Shown: positions 46,492-54,421, numbered from the stretch's first letter. The stretch: DNA of 64,000 nucleotides from Planctomycetota bacterium (GCA_021819825.1 JAKAEZ010000004.1:34756-98755), one strand, 5' to 3'. Notes: generated by a model not told the origin, from the sequence alone. Translations and numbers: made by a program.

Positions 46492-48905
46492 TTGGCACCA
46501 CAGCACTTTTGGAACCCGTAATTAATTCGGGCATTGAGGCCTAAAAGAAGTCGCAACAACCACCCGCCCTCGTCACCGGTTACAAACAGGCAGCCGGCAG
46601 TGCAACGGATGGCGCATTGGGAAAGCCCGAGTTGCTCGGCCATGACACTCTGGTAGCAGCATTCTGGGCTGCAAAGCCCCTTTTTACGGCATGTACCATC
46701 CGCCACTTGCCACGCGGGTGTGTTCCCAAGGCTCCAATGGTGGGAGAGGCATCGGTTGGCACATCCAACAAAACAGGCCTGTGTAGGGATTCCGAACGGG
46801 TGGACCACTGGAACTGGTGGCAAGGGAAGCCACCCCGGCGGTGGAGAAAGCCTTTGCACCTCCGTGCAGAGAAAGCGGGAGACATCCGCAGCACAACACG
46901 ACCATGGCTTATTGGGGCAGCTACAGACCGCGGATTGGGATTGGCACTTTCGGGCGTAACGGGAGGTCGCCCGCTCACAGGTCTGTTGGTAGGGGACTAA
47001 CCATGGTGGCGTTCGCAATTCTAGCGGGCCCGCAACAGCGCCATTGTTACCGCTCGTATCCACCTCCGCCACCGCTCGTCCCCCCACATATTCATACACA
47101 TTCACGCCGCCCGCATAGCCGATTGGATCGCGCTGCAGCCACCGGCCAACCGAAATGCCTTCGGCGTCCGTCAGGAACATGCGGTTACGAACGTGGTACA
47201 GCCGCGTTTCCGGATCGTATCGGTAACCGCAGAAGATCATGTCGTTGGCACCGTAGGTGAAGCCTGACCCGACATCGTCATCGGTGAACCACACGCCGTC
47301 GGGGCCGGGGCCGGTATAGATGATCGTCTGGCCGTAAGCATCAGTATCATAAGCCTCGACGATATTTCCGCTCGAATTGGTCAACGCCACCGCGCGATAC
47401 AGCAAATCCTGTAACAGGTAATAGGTTCCCGGTGCAAGATTTCCGCCGCCCAATGTTGCAAGCGTCGTGAGTTGGATGCACTCGTCAATGTTGAGGCCTC
47501 CAAACCTCCATATCTGCGGCCGAAATCCCGTCGGGGCCGAGGCCCCCGTGCGCGCCGCTGCGCCGGGATACGTGCCCCAGATATATTGCCGAATCGGCGT
47601 GTCAGTGGAACCTGTTCCACCAAACGGATTGCGTTCCTCCATTACCTGATTGCCCAAGTAAATACAGTCGGTTGTGCCGTTGGCAATTCCCCCGCCGAAT
47701 CCGCCGTTACTTATCGTCTTGCGGATTCGTCGGTTGAACGCGTCAAAGACGTAGCTGCCCAGAACCGTTGCACCGCCCGCCATATTCACTTGGATCTGCC
47801 GATTCATCGCATCGAATTGATAAGTACGGAAGCTGTCATCAGCCAGGTTGCCGTTAGAGGCTCCCGGCGAGCCGTCGTAGGTGAATGGCCTGCCACCGAA
47901 ATTGGTGATCTGGTTAAGCCGATTGTGGTTGCGCTGCTGGACCGAGGGAGTGTCGCCCATAGGCGTGTAGGTCAGCGATCGCCAATTTCCCATGCCGTCG
48001 AGGTTCCATGCCTCCTGTGCGTTGACACTCGGCAACGTGGTTGGCGTAGCGACACTTCCTCCGCCGGCATTCTGATAACCTCCGGTGCTGTTCAACGTCC
48101 CTCTCTTATATTGCAACAGCCTGTTGATGGAATCATAACCGGGTATTGGTGAGGCGATGTTACCGTTGTTGTCCACTGGCTGATACAGGAAACTTCTGCT
48201 TTCCGCGTGCAACGCCCGTTCATAGAATTTGTTATCCGCCGGATCAAAGGCGGTGGTGTTGCCCACTACGGACGTGGTGTTGTTGTAGGCAAAAGTGCTG
48301 GAATTGATGCCGCCGAAAAGGTACCGTTTGGCAATCATGCGGCCAGAGCCGTCATAACCCAATCGGTCACTGGAGGGTGTGCCCCACGCCGGATTGGGTA
48401 CCGTGCCGAACTGCACCGCACTGTGGGTTCTGGCATTGTTGAGCATGGTTTGAATGATGCCATTGCCAAGGGCAACTTCCGCAGTTCTCTGTGGCCCGAA
48501 GAATTGCCAACTGGCGATCACGGCACTGGTGGCCGCTTCGATAATCTGTTGGCGGCGGTACAGGGCGTCATAGCTACTGTTGATCTGCCGCGCGTTGGGG
48601 AAGGTAAACTGGCTAACTGGAAGTGATGTAAATGCGTCATTGGTGACATACCGGCTGTTGCCGCCGTAGGCTTGAGCTTCTTCCACGGTTCGCTGGATGG
48701 AATCGTAGACCAGTGTGACATCAGCATTGTTGCCGCTGGCGGTATCGCGGGCAAAGGTGGTCTGCGCCAGGCCGTTGTATTGGAAGCTTTGCGCGGTGGT
48801 GCCCCCAATTCCTGATGCGGGAGCAATCGCTACATCTGTCTTCCGGCCCATACAATCCCAAGTGTTAGAGAATACCGAACCGTTTTCGTCCGTGTATGTT
48901 ACCAC
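46488..48905 (-). CDS. Rhs/YD-repeat protein module (5'-truncated core + Cys-rich C-terminal tip)
   Basis: Paralog of 40712-42883, with the same YD core and core end ..RWLQRDPIGYAGGVNVYEYVGGRAVAEVDTSG, followed by a ~190-aa tip with about 19 Cys. YD-like codons continue upstream of the GTG as far as a TGA at 48973-48975, which is the stop of the preceding membrane-protein ORF. Confidence 0.88.
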   Translation of the reverse strand: MVTYTDENGSVFSNTWDCMGRKTDVAIAPASGIGGTTAQSFQYNGLAQTTFARDTASGNNADVTLVYDSIQRTVEEAQAYGGNSRYVTNDAFTSLPVSQFTFPNARQINSSYDALYRRQQIIEAATSAVIASWQFFGPQRTAEVALGNGIIQTMLNNARTHSAVQFGTVPNPAWGTPSSDRLGYDGSGRMIAKRYLFGGINSSTFAYNNTTSVVGNTTAFDPADNKFYERALHAESRSFLYQPVDNNGNIASPIPGYDSINRLLQYKRGTLNSTGGYQNAGGGSVATPTTLPSVNAQEAWNLDGMGNWRSLTYTPMGDTPSVQQRNHNRLNQITNFGGRPFTYDGSPGASNGNLADDSFRTYQFDAMNRQIQVNMAGGATVLGSYVFDAFNRRIRKTISNGGFGGGIANGTTDCIYLGNQVMEERNPFGGTGSTDTPIRQYIWGTYPGAAARTGASAPTGFRPQIWRFGGLNIDECIQLTTLATLGGGNLAPGTYYLLQDLLYRAVALTNSSGNIVEAYDTDAYGQTIIYTGPGPDGVWFTDDDVGSGFTYGANDMIFCGYRYDPETRLYHVRNRMFLTDAEGISVGRWLQRDPIGYAGGVNVYEYVGGRAVAEVDTSGNNGAVAGPLELRTPPWLVPYQQTCERATSRYARKCQSQSAVCSCPNKPWSCCAADVSRFLCTEVQRLSPPPGWLPLPPVPVVHPFGIPTQACFVGCANRCLSHHWSLGNTPAWQVADGTCRKKGLCSPECCYQSVMAEQLGLSQCAIRCTAGCLFVTGDEGGWLLRLLLGLNARINYGFQKCCGAK

Positions 48906-48974
48906 ATCACTGGCTAAATCATAAAAAAATTCCCTGCTTGATCCATCCTGAAATTGGGTAACCGCAGTAATGGC

Positions 48975-49313
48975 TCACTCTTCCCGCTTATTGCCGCCCC
49001 CGTGGCGACGGTGCCAAGTCCGTATCACTTGCCGCGTTCTGATGAGCATATCCGGATTCCGCGCCAAAAGGATCCAAATCGCGGCCACGGTGATGTTTAA
49101 GGACTGGGCGAGGTCTGAGTATTGGTGGCTATATCGGAGCTCGGTCACGAAGATAACCAAGACTACCAAGGTCGCCTCGGCAAGGCGAATTTCCCGGAGC
49201 TTCGCTGTGTCCCTTCGCTTGATTGCTGGCACACGGTAAAATAGCAGTTCGTTCGTCGGTGTCTGAAGGATCACGAACGCGAGCATGCCAACAAGCCACG
49301 GCTGAATCTGCAT
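48975..49313 (-). CDS. Small membrane protein, candidate immunity protein for the orphan tip at 49404-50027
   Basis: 112 aa with hydrophobic segments (LVGMLAFVILQ, LVVLVIFV, ITVAAIWILLA). It is the first ORF downstream of the orphan tip. Confidence 0.45.
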   Translation of the reverse strand: MQIQPWLVGMLAFVILQTPTNELLFYRVPAIKRRDTAKLREIRLAEATLVVLVIFVTELRYSHQYSDLAQSLNITVAAIWILLARNPDMLIRTRQVIRTWHRRHGGGNKREE

Positions 49314-49403
49314 TGTAAAACCTCCTTATCTAAGGGCGTTCCGCCAAGGGCGTGCCAGCCCGACGGTCGCAGGTTTCCGCCGGCACAGAACGAGGTCGGG
49401 CCG

Positions 49404-50027
49404 CTACTTAGTCCCGCCCCCTGAAAGGCTCCCGCATGGGGGATAGGGCGAGGCACTCGCCGGGTCCGTATTGCCGAATGTCGTGATTTGGCACCTGCAG
49501 TGGCCTGCCAGCCTCACTATCCCCAAGAACGCGACCGGCCTGCCTTGGCCTCGCCTGGGTCCGGGAAGCACTCCAGTGCCGGAAACGCAAATTGTGCCCG
49601 CCGGGGGATTGCAGGGTTTACAGGGGCAGGGGGGAGTGCAAATTTCCGAGATTCCGTAGAGCAGCGAAGCAAGACAACCGGCCAGCACGAGCAGGTCGCC
49701 GCTGCGGAGGGCGCTTGCTACACATATCGCGTAAAGATCCAGCCACTGGGACACGCATTTCTGGTATGCCGCCTCGCTAGCAAGGCCTGTCGGGTCCAGG
49801 GCAGTCACCGCCCGTCCTCCCACATACTCATACAAATTCACGCCACCGGCGTAGCCGATCGGAGCGCGTTGCAGCACCCGAGTCGCGACTCCTGTGGCCT
49901 GTTGAAATTTCGGCTCCTGCCTCAACACCGTGCCGGGGATCGAGTTGTAGGATTGCACGGATACGCCGCTGTGGCGGCCTTTGCCGTTCAGTTTGGTTGC
50001 CGAAGTTGTTTCGCTCAACGCGACCAA
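49404..50027 (-). CDS. Orphan Rhs C-terminal fragment (very short core remnant + Cys-rich ~125-aa tip)
   Basis: ..YNSIPGTVLRQEPKFQQATGVATRVLQRAPIGYAGGVNLYEYVGGRAVTALDPTGL, then a tip with about 11 Cys. It starts with TTG inside a copy of the 19-nt head motif (50008-50027) and translates as MVALSE. Confidence 0.55.
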   Translation of the reverse strand: MVALSETTSATKLNGKGRHSGVSVQSYNSIPGTVLRQEPKFQQATGVATRVLQRAPIGYAGGVNLYEYVGGRAVTALDPTGLASEAAYQKCVSQWLDLYAICVASALRSGDLLVLAGCLASLLYGISEICTPPCPCKPCNPPAGTICVSGTGVLPGPRRGQGRPVAFLGIVRLAGHCRCQITTFGNTDPASASPYPPCGSLSGGGTK

Positions 50028-50154
50028 GAAACAATTCCTTTCCTTTATCCGAAGAGCACGCGTTAACTATACCGCATGGCACAACATCAGCAAACTCGCC
50101 GGTAGACTACAACATTGCGTAACTGGCCAAGACGCCGATTCCCCCACCGTTAAA

Positions 50155-50586
50155 TTAGCTACTCGCGTCTCCGCTGCACTTCCTCGGGAGGACGACCGCC
50201 AATCCGAAGGCGAACGCCGCCACGACGAAAAGGAAATCCAGGAATGTAGCGACTGCGAACCCCGCTGGTGCGGTCCGGCCAAACACGATCCCTACCGTCT
50301 CCCTACCGGAAAAATACAATGCCAATGCCAATGCGATCAACGTTCGAATAAGGTACGCACGTCGCCCGCGGGCGGCCGTCCCCGCGACGGCGATCGCGTG
50401 GGGCCGTAGGAGTCGCCTTCCGGCAACGAGAATCTGCCATACCGCCAGCGGATTTATCAGCACACTCGACGCGAACCAGAATCGTTCGCCCAGGCGGAAT
50501 GGTGCCAGTGCAACCAGCGTGCCGGAATAGACCAATACACACGCCAGAACTCCGCCGCAAAGCCTGTTCCAGAGACGCAATCGCAC
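50155..50586 (-). CDS. Multi-pass membrane protein, orphan immunity candidate
   Basis: 143 aa with four hydrophobic segments. It lies downstream of the degenerate Rhs remnant attached to repeat copy D. Confidence 0.45.
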   Translation of the reverse strand: MRLRLWNRLCGGVLACVLVYSGTLVALAPFRLGERFWFASSVLINPLAVWQILVAGRRLLRPHAIAVAGTAARGRRAYLIRTLIALALALYFSGRETVGIVFGRTAPAGFAVATFLDFLFVVAAFAFGLAVVLPRKCSGDASS

Positions 50587-50761
50587 TCGAGTTACTCCTT
50601 ATCGCAAGCTATACTCCGCTCGGCCCCTGGCGGTACATTGCGATGGCCTGAAAACCCAATAAAGGGCCGATTTTGTGGAAGAATCTACCAGTGCAAACGT
50701 ATCACGGCTGGCCGAGTCGCGTATAATAAAAAACTTACTTCGACATATCCCCCGCCGGGAT

Positions 50762-50987
50762 AGCCGCAGAAGATGGTTTCATTGGCACAAGCGCTTCGCT
50801 CAATGACCAATGAGTAATGATCAATGAACAAATCATTGGATGTTCGGCGTTTCTGATCAGTGATCCGTGATCGTTGATCAATGGTGTTCACCCCCGATTC
50901 CCCCTGTAACCCGTAACCTGTAACCTGTGACCTCCGCCCGCGGGCGGTTGTGCTGGAATGGCGAAATTGTTCGTTCAACGCAACCAT
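50762..50987 (-). repeat. Heptamer-array composite element, copy D, fused to a degenerate Rhs-core remnant
   Basis: Head GTTCGTTCAACGCAACCAT (50969-50987) and palindrome CCGCCCGCGGGCGG (50934-50947). Arrays are GTAACCC/GTAACCT/GTAACCT/GTGACCT (50906-50933), TGATCAG/TGATCCG/TGATCGT/TGATCAA (50854-50883) and CAATGAC/CAATGAG/TAATGAT/CAATGAA (50801-50828). TAGCCGCAGAAGATGGTTTCATTGGCAC encodes ANETIFCGY on the minus strand, and no Rhs tip follows it. Confidence 0.75.
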
Positions 50988-51239
50988 GGGCTGCCCGCCA
51001 ATACACAATGGATTCGACGCCCACATTCTAACCCCCCGCCCCCGTCTATGCCAAATACCAACTGCCAAATGTTCTCCCTCGGGACCTGTGACAAATTCTG
51101 CCAGGTCTTTCGGGGCCAAAAGCCTTAACGTTTTAGCGCTGTTGCGCATTACCCCTCTTACTGCCACCCTATAGCGTTCCCGATGAATAGCTCAGACCTG
51201 CTGAACAATGTTCTTTGACAAATGAATAACATGCCGCCA

Positions 51240-51780
51240 CAGTGATCGCGGAAAAGAATCCTGAACGGAAACCCGTTGCTCGTCACTCGTTGAGTGCCCG
51301 TGTGTTTCGTTGCTCGCTGCTCGTTAAGCGCAGCGTTTCGTTGTTCGTTGTAGCCAACAGCCCGCGCCCATTCCACGCAATTCTCAAATTACTGATCAAT
51401 ACTGACCAATACCGACCAATACTGTAAAACGCCTCCTAACTCCTGAATGCTGAATGCCGCCCCCCCCCTTAAAACATCTTGAGCTTCTTGAGCAACTTGA
51501 ATTACACCCTCTAAAATCAACGCTTCCATCAACTTGCCCAACTTGGGCAAGTTGCCCCCGAACTTGGGCATCTTGGGCACCTTGAAATTCGCAAAGTCTT
51601 CTAACCCCTATTCTCCTAACTGCTAACTTCTGAATGCCCCCCTGGGGACCCAAAACATCTTGATCGCCTTGGCCGTCGCAACGACAGCTCTACTCTCTAC
51701 CCTCAACTGCTCCGCGCCCGGCAGGTGCCCGTCCCGGCGAGCCAGCATTCTACTGCACTCTACTGCTCAACTATCTACTG
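51240..51780. repeat. Dense field of short tandem repeats (7-, 9- and 10-nt units), non-coding
   Basis: TCGTTG-containing heptamers (51276-51350). CAATACTGAT/CAATACTGAC/CAATACCGAC (51397-51426). CTCCTAA/CTCCTGA/ATGCTGA (51433-51453). 9-mers AACTTGCCC/AACTTGGGC/AAGTTGCCC..AACTTGGGC/ATCTTGGGC/ACCTTGAAA (51531-51587). TCTACTG-type units (51740-51790). Confidence 0.7.
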
Positions 51781-51785
51781 TTCTC

Positions 51786-52730
51786 CTACTCCTCCCGCCG
51801 CCGCCTGAATAAGGACATTTGCCGGCCTGCGGTTGCCAGCAGGATTCCAAACGCCAGCATTTCGACGGTACCTGGCAGCGGTACGGGTTGTGGTGAAATA
51901 GAAAGCGATCCAGCCAGAACGCCTCCGGAGAAATTGACCAAATCAATATTCGCGGCCACAACACCATTGGAATTGGTGAGAAAATCTGATGTCGTGGGTA
52001 ATGCAGCAACCTCGGGAATGTTTGAAAAATTTGTCGGGTAACCGGCCAGATAATTCGTGAAATCGCCAAAAATCTGGTAAGACTCGGTGGAACTTGGATC
52101 GCTGCCGCCATTCAATAAAGCATTGACCACATCGGATTCCGTTAATGTCGGTGAACCGGCAGCTAATATATTCTGGCTTTCCAAGTTTTGTGTTTCAGCC
52201 TGCAGGAAGTTTGAGAACACCGTATCAAAGTTACTGCCGAGATAGTTGCTAACGCTGTTTGCCGCAAAGCCGATCACGACTCCCTGGGTGATTACACCAC
52301 TGGCAGTCGTGGTACGGTATAGGCCGTAAGCATCAAAGTTTTCAAAGGCGGCAGGCGGTTCGCCCACGCTGGCCCCAAATGCAATTGCCCCATCGCTAAA
52401 AGGCCCTTCGCCAAATCCGATCTGGCTAGGTCCGCTGCTGAGCCTGAAGTCAACATTCAGTTCAGAGAGTGAATCGCCGGCACCCGACACGCCGGCGTTG
52501 GGGCCATTCCATGTTCCGGTTGCCAAAACATTGGGCGGGGGCGGCTGATAGCCGGGGGGAACGCGGACAGTAGCTTCAGCCTGTCGCACCGGACTAACGA
52601 GTGAAGCGGTTCCAGCAACCATGGAAAACAAAATTACTTTAACCGTGAGACGCGGTAGATTCATTGATTCCATCCAAAAAGCAACCTTTATTTTGCCGGG
52701 GGTTGTCACCCGACTCGACATCCAAGTCAA
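51786..52730 (-). CDS. Secreted protein with a PEP-CTERM-like C-terminal sorting signal
   Basis: Signal peptide (MESMNLPRLTVKVILFSMVAGTASLVSPVRQAEA; the start is probably near 52673). C-terminus PVPLPGTVEMLAFGILLATAGRQMSLFRRRREE. Confidence 0.7.
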   Translation of the reverse strand: MTWMSSRVTTPGKIKVAFWMESMNLPRLTVKVILFSMVAGTASLVSPVRQAEATVRVPPGYQPPPPNVLATGTWNGPNAGVSGAGDSLSELNVDFRLSSGPSQIGFGEGPFSDGAIAFGASVGEPPAAFENFDAYGLYRTTTASGVITQGVVIGFAANSVSNYLGSNFDTVFSNFLQAETQNLESQNILAAGSPTLTESDVVNALLNGGSDPSSTESYQIFGDFTNYLAGYPTNFSNIPEVAALPTTSDFLTNSNGVVAANIDLVNFSGGVLAGSLSISPQPVPLPGTVEMLAFGILLATAGRQMSLFRRRREE

Positions 52731-52925
52731 TTACTTTTAGGCACGTTACGCCGGATAGTCAAATCGAGAAGGTTTTATGAAAATGGTTCTCCGCCGGCCA
52801 TCGCCCCGCGTCGGCCTTACAACATCCGCCCGGCCTGCTCATTTGACCCTCTTCGCCCGATGCTCTATTCTAATTGCCCGGTTAATTTTGTTGTTGTAAC
52901 AGGGCTTATTGCAAGGGTACACTAA

Positions 52926-53948
52926 ATGTCAGGATTCGAGACTACATTAAAAATTTATTATGAAAAAGATGCTCCCATTTCCGGTCTTAATGGAAAAACC
53001 GTGGCCGTTCTGGGTTATGGCTCGCAAGGACATGCCCACGCTCAAAACCTGCGTGACAGCGGCGTGAAGGTCATCGTGGCCAATCGCCGCGATTCCGCCA
53101 ATGGCAAACTGGCTATCGAACACGGCTTTGACCCCATGCCGATTCCCGACGCCGTCAAGGCGGCGGACCTGATTATCGCCACGCTTCCTGACGAACTGCA
53201 GCCGGATATTTACGTCCGGGAGATCGGGCCGCATCTTAAAGCCGGCAAAACCTTCGGTGCCACCCACGGCTTTGGAATTCACTTTAAGCAAATTGTCCCC
53301 TCCAAAGATGTTGATGTTGTCATGATTGCCCCCAAAGGTCCGGGCCATCTGGTGCGCAGCGAGTACGTCAAAGGCGGCGGCGTGCCCTGTCTGGTTGCCG
53401 TGCATCAGAACGCCAGCGGTCAGGCCATGAAAACGGCTCTGGCATGGGGCAACGGCGTCGGCGGAGCCAGAGCCGGCATTATTGAAACAAGCTTTAAGAA
53501 TGAATGTGAAACGGATTTATTTGGTGAGCAGGCCGTGCTGTGCGGCGGACTTTCGGCCTTAATCAAGGCCGGGTTTGAAACGCTGGTGAAAAATGGCTAC
53601 CCGCCGGAAATGGCCTACTTTGAATGCGTGCATGAAGTGAAACTGATTGTTGATCTGATTTATCAGGGCGGCCTGAACTACATGCGTTACAGCATCAGCA
53701 ATACCGCGGAATACGGCGATCTTACCCGCGGCCCGCGCATTGTTACCGATGAAACCAAAAAAGAAATGCAGAAGATTCTCGATGAAATTACCTCGGGCAA
53801 ATTCGCGGCGGAATGGATGGCTGAGCACCGTGCCGGCAAACCCAAATTCAAAGCTCTTTACGAAGCGGACGCCAAACATCCGGTGGAAGTCATTGGTCGT
53901 AAATTGCGTAAAATGATGCGGTGGATCAACTCCAAGGAAGTGGATTAA
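52926..53948 (+). CDS. ilvC: Ketol-acid reductoisomerase
   Basis: [17 protein letters not shown] and other class I KARI motifs. 340 aa. Confidence 0.95.
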   Translation: MSGFETTLKIYYEKDAPISGLNGKTVAVLGYGSQGHAHAQNLRDSGVKVIVANRRDSANGKLAIEHGFDPMPIPDAVKAADLIIATLPDELQPDIYVREIGPHLKAGKTFGATHGFGIHFKQIVPSKDVDVVMIAPKGPGHLVRSEYVKGGGVPCLVAVHQNASGQAMKTALAWGNGVGGARAGIIETSFKNECETDLFGEQAVLCGGLSALIKAGFETLVKNGYPPEMAYFECVHEVKLIVDLIYQGGLNYMRYSISNTAEYGDLTRGPRIVTDETKKEMQKILDEITSGKFAAEWMAEHRAGKPKFKALYEADAKHPVEVIGRKLRKMMRWINSKEVD

Positions 53949-54421
53949 CACCGCCGCAGCCTGTTAGCCTGAATGAATACACGGAGCGTAAAAGGGTGAC
54001 AATCAAACTAACCAGTGGCTTGGATCATGTGGCGATTGCCGCGGACAATACCCAGCAGGTAGTGCAATGGTACAGCCGGATGCTTGGCATGGTGATTATT
54101 GCACAAACCGAACCCATGGAAAGCTCCGGTCAGCGCACGTATTTAATCGGTCCGCCGACATGTAAAAACGCCTTTGGCGGCATGATGCTTGAGGTTATGC
54201 CCCGTAATGAACATGTGCGCCGCCCGCGTGAAAGTCATGATCCCGGGATCAGCCATATCGCGTGGATGGTCGAGGATTTTGATGAAGCCTATGCCCATCT
54301 GGCCGGGCAGGGCGTGGGCTTTGTCGGGTCGGTCGTCGGCGCAGTGGGCGGCGGACGACTTATTTCCTTCGTCGATTGTGAAGGTAATCTCATGCAGATT
54401 GTGGAACGTAAAAAGCCCTGA
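53921..54421 (+). CDS. VOC (glyoxalase/bleomycin-resistance/dioxygenase) family protein
   Basis: [25 protein letters not shown]...[18 protein letters not shown]. The start is uncertain because the track start overlaps ilvC by 28 nt. Confidence 0.7.
   Translation: MDQLQGSGLTPPQPVSLNEYTERKRVTIKLTSGLDHVAIAADNTQQVVQWYSRMLGMVIIAQTEPMESSGQRTYLIGPPTCKNAFGGMMLEVMPRNEHVRRPRESHDPGISHIAWMVEDFDEAYAHLAGQGVGFVGSVVGAVGGGRLISFVDCEGNLMQIVERKKP

Noticed and set aside
50969-50987. The conserved 19-nt head as an integron attC-type site (it contains GTTCAAC / GCAAC, loosely like GTTRRRY / RYYYAAC).
   Set aside because: There is no integron integrase or attI nearby, no paired inverse core at the other end of each cassette, and the match to the core-site consensus is weak.
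51240-51780. Possible CRISPR array, because of the dense short repeats.
   Set aside because: The repeat units are 7-10 nt and directly tandem. There is no 25-40-nt repeat alternating with unique spacers, and there are no cas genes in the window.
51786-51890. C-terminal LPGTV of the 51786-52730 protein as a sortase LPXTG signal.
   Set aside because: The context (VPLPGT, then a hydrophobic helix, then RRRREE) and the similarity to the clear PEP-CTERM protein at 29676-30455 favour a PEP-CTERM-like exosortase signal. It is not a canonical LPXTG.
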